This document shows positions 59,305 to 64,000 of a stretch of 64,000 bases of DNA, in pieces (the first letter of the stretch is position 1; every line of letters begins with the position of its first letter). The stretch is from positions 715 to 64,714 of the forward strand of contig JBBIQY010000005.1 in assembly GCA_037442085.1 (NCBI GenBank), given 5' to 3'. The stretch comes from Anaerolineae bacterium (GTDB lineage: Bacteria > Chloroflexota > Anaerolineae > Anaerolineales > UBA6663). The notes below the pieces were generated by a model, which was not told where the DNA came from, did no database searches, and worked only from the letters and a program-made list of their open reading frames with translations. The position numbers and the translations under genes were made by a program.

Positions 59305-59410
59305 GTGGAAAGGGCCGTATGCCGAAAATTGTGTAATTCGGCCTGTAGGCGCGGGTCTGAGAGCCGCGCCTACGAAATTACACACAAATCGGCAAACCGC
59401 CGTGGAAAGG
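59305..59410. repeat. MITE-like element: 88-bp imperfect palindrome flanked by 9-bp direct repeats GTGGAAAGG
   Basis: Direct repeats at 59305-13 and 59402-10; termini GCCGTATGCCGAAAATTGTGTAATT / AATTACACACAAATCGGCAAACCGC are inverted; inner stem GTAGGCGCGG/CCGCGCCTAC. Confidence 0.6.
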
Positions 59411-59460
59411 AACCCCGACCCTCGTCCTCCCTTTGCCGTCTTCTTTTGGCCCTGAATCGA

Positions 59461-60984
59461 ATGCCCGATTTTCTCCTTGGAATTGACCAGGGCACCAGCG
59501 GCAGCCGTGCGCTCATCCTCGACCGCGAGGGCGAGGTGCGCGGCTACGGCTATCGCCCGCTCCCGCGGCTGTATCCCCGGCCCGATTGGGTCGAGCAGGA
59601 CCCCGACACGGTGGCGGGCGGCGTGCGCGACGCCGTGGCAGAAGCCCTGCAACAGGCGCACCTCCAGCCCGGCGATATCGCGGCCTGCGGCCTGACTTCG
59701 CAGCGCGACACCGACTTCGTCTGGGAGGCGCGCACCGGCCGCCCGCTTGCCAACGCCATTACCTGGCAAGACCTGCGCACACAGCCGCTCGAGGACGACC
59801 TCCGCCGCTGGCCCCACGCGCACGAGGCCCGCACCCGCCTCGGCTACTGGCCCGGCCCGTACAGCGCCGCGCTCCACCTCAAATGGCGACTGGAGAACGA
59901 CCCCGCCGTGGCCGAAGCCGCCCGCGCCGGCACGCTGCGCATCGGCCCCTCGGCGCTGTGGCTGCTCAACGCCCTCGGCCACGCGCACGGCCATCAGACC
60001 GACATCTCGCTGGCGCAGAGCCTTTGCCTGTACGATTTCCGCGCCCGCGATTACTGGCCCGAGTGGCTCGACTACCTCGGCGTGCCGCGCGCCGCGCTGC
60101 CCGACGTCAACGGCACCCTCGCCGATTACGGCGTGCTCCACCTCGGCTCGGCCCGCGTCCCGGTGCGGGCGATGATCGCCGACCAGCAGGGCGCGTTGTT
60201 CGGCTACGACTGCCGCGCGCCGGGCGACGCCGAGTGCACCCACGGCACGGCCACCTACCTCAGCGTCTGCCTCGGGGAGGCGGCCCCGCTGCTGGACACG
60301 ATCAAGGTGTACCTCGCCTGGCTGCTCGATGGCCGCCCCACCTATTGCCTGGAGGCCGATACGACGGTGACCGGCGCGGCGGTGCGCTGGCTGCGCGAGA
60401 ATGCACGGCTGATTGACCGCGACGACGAGCTGGGCGCGCTGGCCGCCTCCGTGCCGGAGGCCGGCGGCGTGATTTTTGTCCCGGCCTTCACCGGGCTGAA
60501 CGTGCCCTACAACTTTCGCGAGGCGCGCGGCACGCTCCTCGGGCTGACGCTCGGCCACACCCGCGCGCACATCGCCCGCGCCTTCCTCGACTCCATCGGC
60601 TTCCAACTGCGCGCCATCCTGGAAGAAATGCAGGCCCAGGCCGGCGTGCGTGTGACGCAGTTGAAAGTCGGCGGCGGCCTGTCCGCCGACGACACGGCCT
60701 GCCAACTCCAGGCCGACTGGCTCGGCCTGCCCGTCATCCGCCCGGCCTTCGCCCAGACGACGGCGCGCGCCGCCGCCCTGCTGGCCGGCCTGGCCGCCGG
60801 CTTTTGGCCGAGCGAGGCCGACCTGCCCCCTTTGCCCGGCGCGCACACCGTCTTCGAGCCGCGCCTCTCCGCCGACCAGCGCGACGCCGGTTACGCGCTG
60901 TGGCAGCGGGCGATATCCACGGTTCAATCCTGGGCCGCCAATTCGCCACGGAGTCACGGAGCCACAGAGAATCTTGCTCGGTGA
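59461..60984 (+). CDS. FGGY-family carbohydrate kinase (glycerol-kinase-like)
   Basis: Trimmed to ATG 59461; LGIDQGTSGSRALI, SQRDTDFVWE...NAITWQDLRT. Confidence 0.85.
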   Translation: MPDFLLGIDQGTSGSRALILDREGEVRGYGYRPLPRLYPRPDWVEQDPDTVAGGVRDAVAEALQQAHLQPGDIAACGLTSQRDTDFVWEARTGRPLANAITWQDLRTQPLEDDLRRWPHAHEARTRLGYWPGPYSAALHLKWRLENDPAVAEAARAGTLRIGPSALWLLNALGHAHGHQTDISLAQSLCLYDFRARDYWPEWLDYLGVPRAALPDVNGTLADYGVLHLGSARVPVRAMIADQQGALFGYDCRAPGDAECTHGTATYLSVCLGEAAPLLDTIKVYLAWLLDGRPTYCLEADTTVTGAAVRWLRENARLIDRDDELGALAASVPEAGGVIFVPAFTGLNVPYNFREARGTLLGLTLGHTRAHIARAFLDSIGFQLRAILEEMQAQAGVRVTQLKVGGGLSADDTACQLQADWLGLPVIRPAFAQTTARAAALLAGLAAGFWPSEADLPPLPGAHTVFEPRLSADQRDAGYALWQRAISTVQSWAANSPRSHGATENLAR

Positions 60985-61017
60985 CCCCGCGGCTTTGCGA
61001 CGAGACGAAATGTTGCC

Positions 61018-63006
61018 ATGAGATTCGGCGTCTGCTATTACCCCGAGCATTGGCCCGAGGAGCGTTGGGCCGAAGATGCGCGCTGGCTGAAGGAGATCGG
61101 CCTGAGCATTGTGCGCCTGGCCGAATTTGCCTGGAGCCGGATCGAGCCGGAGGAGGGCCGCTTCGATTTCGGCTGGCTCGATCGCGCGCTGGCGCTGTTC
61201 GCTGGGCGCGGATTCCAAATCGTGCTCGGCACGCCGACCGCTGCGCCGCCGGTGTGGCTGTCGAAGAGCTACCCGAGCACGTTGCCGGTGGATGAGCAGG
61301 GCCGCCGCCGCAACATCGGTGGGCGAAGGCACTACTGCCCGAACAACGCCGCCTACCGCGCGCACACCCGGCGCATCGTCGCGGCGCTGGCCGAGCGGTA
61401 CGGTCGGCATCCCGCCGTCATCGGCTGGCAGATTGACAACGAGTTCGGCGGCGGGGGCACGGCCCGCTGCTATTGCCCGGTGTGCCAGGCGCGCTTCCGC
61501 GCCTGGCTCCAGCAGCGCTACGGCGCGCTCTCCACCCTCAACCAGGCCTGGGGCACGGTGTTCTGGTCGGCCGAGTTCGACGACTGGTCGCAGATCGGCG
61601 CGCCCATCCTCAACCTCGCCACCCCCAACCCCAGCCACGTGCTCGACTACTATCGTTTCTCGTCCGACTCGGTCGTGGACTACCAGCGATCTCAAATCTC
61701 GATCCTCAAATCCCAAATCTCCAATTCTCAGTTCATCACCCACAACTTCATGGGGCTGTATCCCCACTTGAACTATTTTGATCTGGCGCAGCCGCTGGAT
61801 TTCGTGACCTGGGACTCCTACCCGACCGGCAATCTCTACCGCTGGCGCGAGATGCTGTACGGCCCGGACAAACCCGACGCCGAGTACGCCTGGGATGTCG
61901 GCGATCCGCTGGTCACCGGCTTTGCGCATGACCTGACGCGCGGGCTGCTCCGCAGGCCGTTTTGGATCATGGAGCAGGGCGTGGGGCACATCAACTGGGG
62001 CGCGGTCAATCACCTCATACGCCCGGGCACGCCGCGCCTGTGGGTCTGGCACGCCGTGGCCTTGGGCGCGGAGGCGGTGGTGTACTTCCGCGAGCGCGCG
62101 GCCTGGTACGCGCAGGAGCAGTATCACTCCGGCCTGCAGCATCACGACGGCTCGCCGGATGTCGGCTACTTCGACCAGCAGCGGCTGTGGGCCGAGCGTG
62201 AGCGGCTCGACGCCCTCACCGCCGAGCCGCCGCGCGCCGAGGCGGCTTTGCTCTGGAGCTACGACGATCTGTGGGCGCTGCAGCTTCAGCCGCATACCCA
62301 GGCGTTTTCCTATCTGCGCCACCTCTTCGTCTACTATCGCGCCCTGCAGCGCCTCGGCGTTCCGGTGGATGTCGTTCCGCCTTCGGCATCGCTTACCGAT
62401 TACAAATTGCTCATCGCCCCAACCGTCCACCTCGGCGACCCCGCCCTCGCCGCCCGCCTCGAGGCGTTTGTGGAGCAGGGCGGGGTGCTGGTGATGGGGG
62501 TGCGTTCGGGTTTCAAGACTCTCAGCAACACGGTGACCGGTCAGCCGCTTCCCGGCGTCTTCCGCCAGATCACGCAAGCCACCGTCACCGATTGGGGCGC
62601 GCTGCCGGCGGGCATCGGTTACGAGATCGAATCCGGCGTGCCGGGGCTGAGCGGGGCAGCGGGCACGTGGATCGAAGCCCTGGCCACCCCGCCCGAGGCC
62701 GAGGGCGTGATGGCGACCTACCGCGACGGCCCCTACGCGGGCCGGGCGGCGCTGACATCCAACGCTCTCGGCCAGGGCTGCGCCTGGTATGTCGGCTGGC
62801 TGCCGACAGTGGCGCAGGCGATGGCGATCCTTCACGATCGGATCCGGCGCGCGAACGTCGGCCGCCTCGCCGAGCTGCCGCCGGGCCTGATCGCCGCGCG
62901 GCGCGGCCTGCACACCGTGCTGCTCAACTTCACCGACGCGCCGCTCACGGCCCGGGTGCACGGCCGGGCCGTCACCGTGGCCGGGAGAGAGGTGGAGCTT
63001 CTGTAA
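61018..63006 (+). CDS. GH42 beta-galactosidase
   Basis: MRFGVCYYPEHWPEERW...; IGWQIDNEFG acid/base; Cys cluster CYCPVC; 662 aa. Confidence 0.9.
   Translation: MRFGVCYYPEHWPEERWAEDARWLKEIGLSIVRLAEFAWSRIEPEEGRFDFGWLDRALALFAGRGFQIVLGTPTAAPPVWLSKSYPSTLPVDEQGRRRNIGGRRHYCPNNAAYRAHTRRIVAALAERYGRHPAVIGWQIDNEFGGGGTARCYCPVCQARFRAWLQQRYGALSTLNQAWGTVFWSAEFDDWSQIGAPILNLATPNPSHVLDYYRFSSDSVVDYQRSQISILKSQISNSQFITHNFMGLYPHLNYFDLAQPLDFVTWDSYPTGNLYRWREMLYGPDKPDAEYAWDVGDPLVTGFAHDLTRGLLRRPFWIMEQGVGHINWGAVNHLIRPGTPRLWVWHAVALGAEAVVYFRERAAWYAQEQYHSGLQHHDGSPDVGYFDQQRLWAERERLDALTAEPPRAEAALLWSYDDLWALQLQPHTQAFSYLRHLFVYYRALQRLGVPVDVVPPSASLTDYKLLIAPTVHLGDPALAARLEAFVEQGGVLVMGVRSGFKTLSNTVTGQPLPGVFRQITQATVTDWGALPAGIGYEIESGVPGLSGAAGTWIEALATPPEAEGVMATYRDGPYAGRAALTSNALGQGCAWYVGWLPTVAQAMAILHDRIRRANVGRLAELPPGLIAARRGLHTVLLNFTDAPLTARVHGRAVTVAGREVELL
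61688..61732. repeat. Coding-embedded AAATCTC/CAAATC word repeat inside GH42 gene
   Basis: GATCTCAAATCTCGATCCTCAAATCCCAAATCTCCAATTCTCAG encodes RSQISILKSQISNSQ. Confidence 0.55.
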
Positions 63007-63025
63007 GACCGCCCTCCGGGATTGG

Positions 63026-63158
63026 ATGCGGCAGGGTGCATTCCAGATTCTTGGCCGACCTTCGACTGCGCGCCGCTCAGCGAGCGGCGCTCTCCTGAGC
63101 GAAGCCGAAGGATCAGGGCGCAGCCTGCCAACTAATCGAAATGCACCCGACGCGGCAT
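63026..63158. repeat. Nested multi-layer inverted repeat downstream of the GH42 gene
   Basis: GGGTGCATT (63034-42) / AATGCACCC (63140-48); CCTTCG (63059-64) / CGAAGG (63106-11); core GCGCCGCTC/GAGCGGCGC 63070-90. Confidence 0.6.
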
Positions 63159-63265
63159 GGCCATCGCCTGATGGCGCAAAGTGCGCTACACTGACGGGCA
63201 GACTGTTGCGTTGGAGTAAGAGTTTTCACCGCAGAGACGCTGAGAACACGGAGAACGGGGCGGGC

Positions 63266-64000
63266 ATGGCAGACGACGAGGGTTACAAGACTCACATCGA
63301 AGCGGGCCGAGACATCAACGCCGAAGGCGACTTCGTAGCCGGTGACAAACACGTTCACCAGGAAGTGCCGACCACGCCCACGCCCGCCGCGCCGCCGCGC
63401 CCGCCCGCGCACTTCGCCGGTCGCGAGGCCGACCTCCAGCGACTGTCCTCTCTGCTGCTCTCCGATCAACCCGTTGCCATTGCCCTGCAGGGCATGGGCG
63501 GCATCGGCAAGACGGCGCTGGCGCAGAAACTGGCCGAGCGCATCCAGGCGTCGTTTCCCGGCGGCGTGTTGTGGTATTCGCTGGGGCCGCAGCCTGATGT
63601 CATCAATGCGCTGGATGCCTGGGCGCGGCACGCCGACCTGCGCGCGGATCTGAGCCGCCTGCCCGATGCTGCAACGCGCGCCCCGGTGGTGCGCTCCATG
63701 CTCGCCAAACTGGGCCGCCTGTGCGCCATCCTCGACGATGTGTGGGACGAAGCCGCCGTGCGCGTGCTGCTCGAGGCCGTGCCGCCCGGCTGCCCCATCC
63801 TCCTCACCACCCGCGACACCGACCTGGCCAAGGCCCTGCGCTGCCGCGTGGAGCGCCTCGGCGCGCTGACGGCAGATGAGTCGATCGGGTTGCTCGAAAA
63901 CCTGCTTGGTCCGCTCGGGCCGCACGCAGCCGCCGCCCGCGAAATCGCCGCCCTGACCGATGGCCTGCCGCTCGCGCTCGAACTGGTGGCCGGCCTGGCC
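63266..64000 (+). CDS. NB-ARC / STAND-class P-loop NTPase (3' end beyond window)
   Basis: Open frame not in track (no stop in window); ATG 63266 after GGAGAA; Walker A GMGGIGKTALA, Walker B ILDDVWD, LLTTRD, GLPLAL motifs. Confidence 0.8.
   Translation, partial: MADDEGYKTHIEAGRDINAEGDFVAGDKHVHQEVPTTPTPAAPPRPPAHFAGREADLQRLSSLLLSDQPVAIALQGMGGIGKTALAQKLAERIQASFPGGVLWYSLGPQPDVINALDAWARHADLRADLSRLPDAATRAPVVRSMLAKLGRLCAILDDVWDEAAVRVLLEAVPPGCPILLTTRDTDLAKALRCRVERLGALTADESIGLLENLLGPLGPHAAAAREIAALTDGLPLALELVAGLA

Noticed and set aside
58450-62961. 1503-aa minus-strand ORF spanning the HAD, FGGY kinase and GH42 genes
   Set aside because: It is antisense to three genes with clear family motifs on the plus strand. 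High GC suppresses stop codons in the antisense frame, and the protein is Arg/Gly/Ala-rich with no recognisable domain.
63026-63265. Upstream extension of the NB-ARC reading frame to ATG 63026
   Set aside because: The frame is open, but the region consists of the nested palindromic element and translates to non-protein-like sequence. ATG 63266 has a GGAGAA site at suitable distance.

Overview
64-kb window of a high-GC (about 65% by eye) bacterial chromosome. No database search was possible, so all calls rest on recognisable protein motifs, synteny and hand-folded hairpins. Protein style and gene order suggest a Chloroflexota-like lineage, but that is inference only. Nt 1-16.9 kb hold the S10-spc-alpha ribosomal-protein superoperon (rplC, cut by the window edge, through rplQ, including secY-adk-map). 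rpmJ was found by eye at 12050-12163 and is absent from the ORF track. infA is missing. The operon runs on into truA-rplM-rpsI and ends at a strong intrinsic terminator. Housekeeping genes in the remainder are yabN/mazG, fmt, panE, tRNA-Pro(GGG), tRNA-Asp(GUC), a stand-alone gltB, degV-plsY and cca. Accessory loci are: dodecin/ACBP/thiolase; an amidase-FdrA-DUF1116-DUF4404-cyclase cluster; two secreted beta-propeller proteins; an MFS/DadA-like/multi-rhodanese operon; and one intact IS4-family element (18-bp inverted repeats, 7-bp target duplication) sitting between a terminator hairpin and an ABC-F ATPase gene. They also include a LacI-controlled sugar ABC transporter/HAD/FGGY-kinase/GH42 locus and the 5' part of an NB-ARC STAND NTPase. 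Most long minus-strand ORFs in the track are GC-driven antisense artefacts. I found no CRISPR array, rRNA or recognisable defence island. The main second-look items are: (1) a dispersed family of GGAGATTG/CAATCTCC word-repeat palindromes, found in intergenic spacers and also in frame inside conserved genes, including a 7-nt tandem repeat in the amidase. (2) Several other long nested palindromic or MITE-like intergenic elements. (3) The IS insertion that separates a possible attenuator from the ABC-F gene. (4) At least five genes whose -10 box lies 6-8 nt upstream of the start codon, implying leaderless mRNAs. (5) A recurring [VF][FY]LP[LAV]... motif just after the signal peptides of three secreted proteins. 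(6) Two operons with inferable but untested functions (amidase/FdrA/DUF1116/cyclase, and MFS/DadA/rhodanese).
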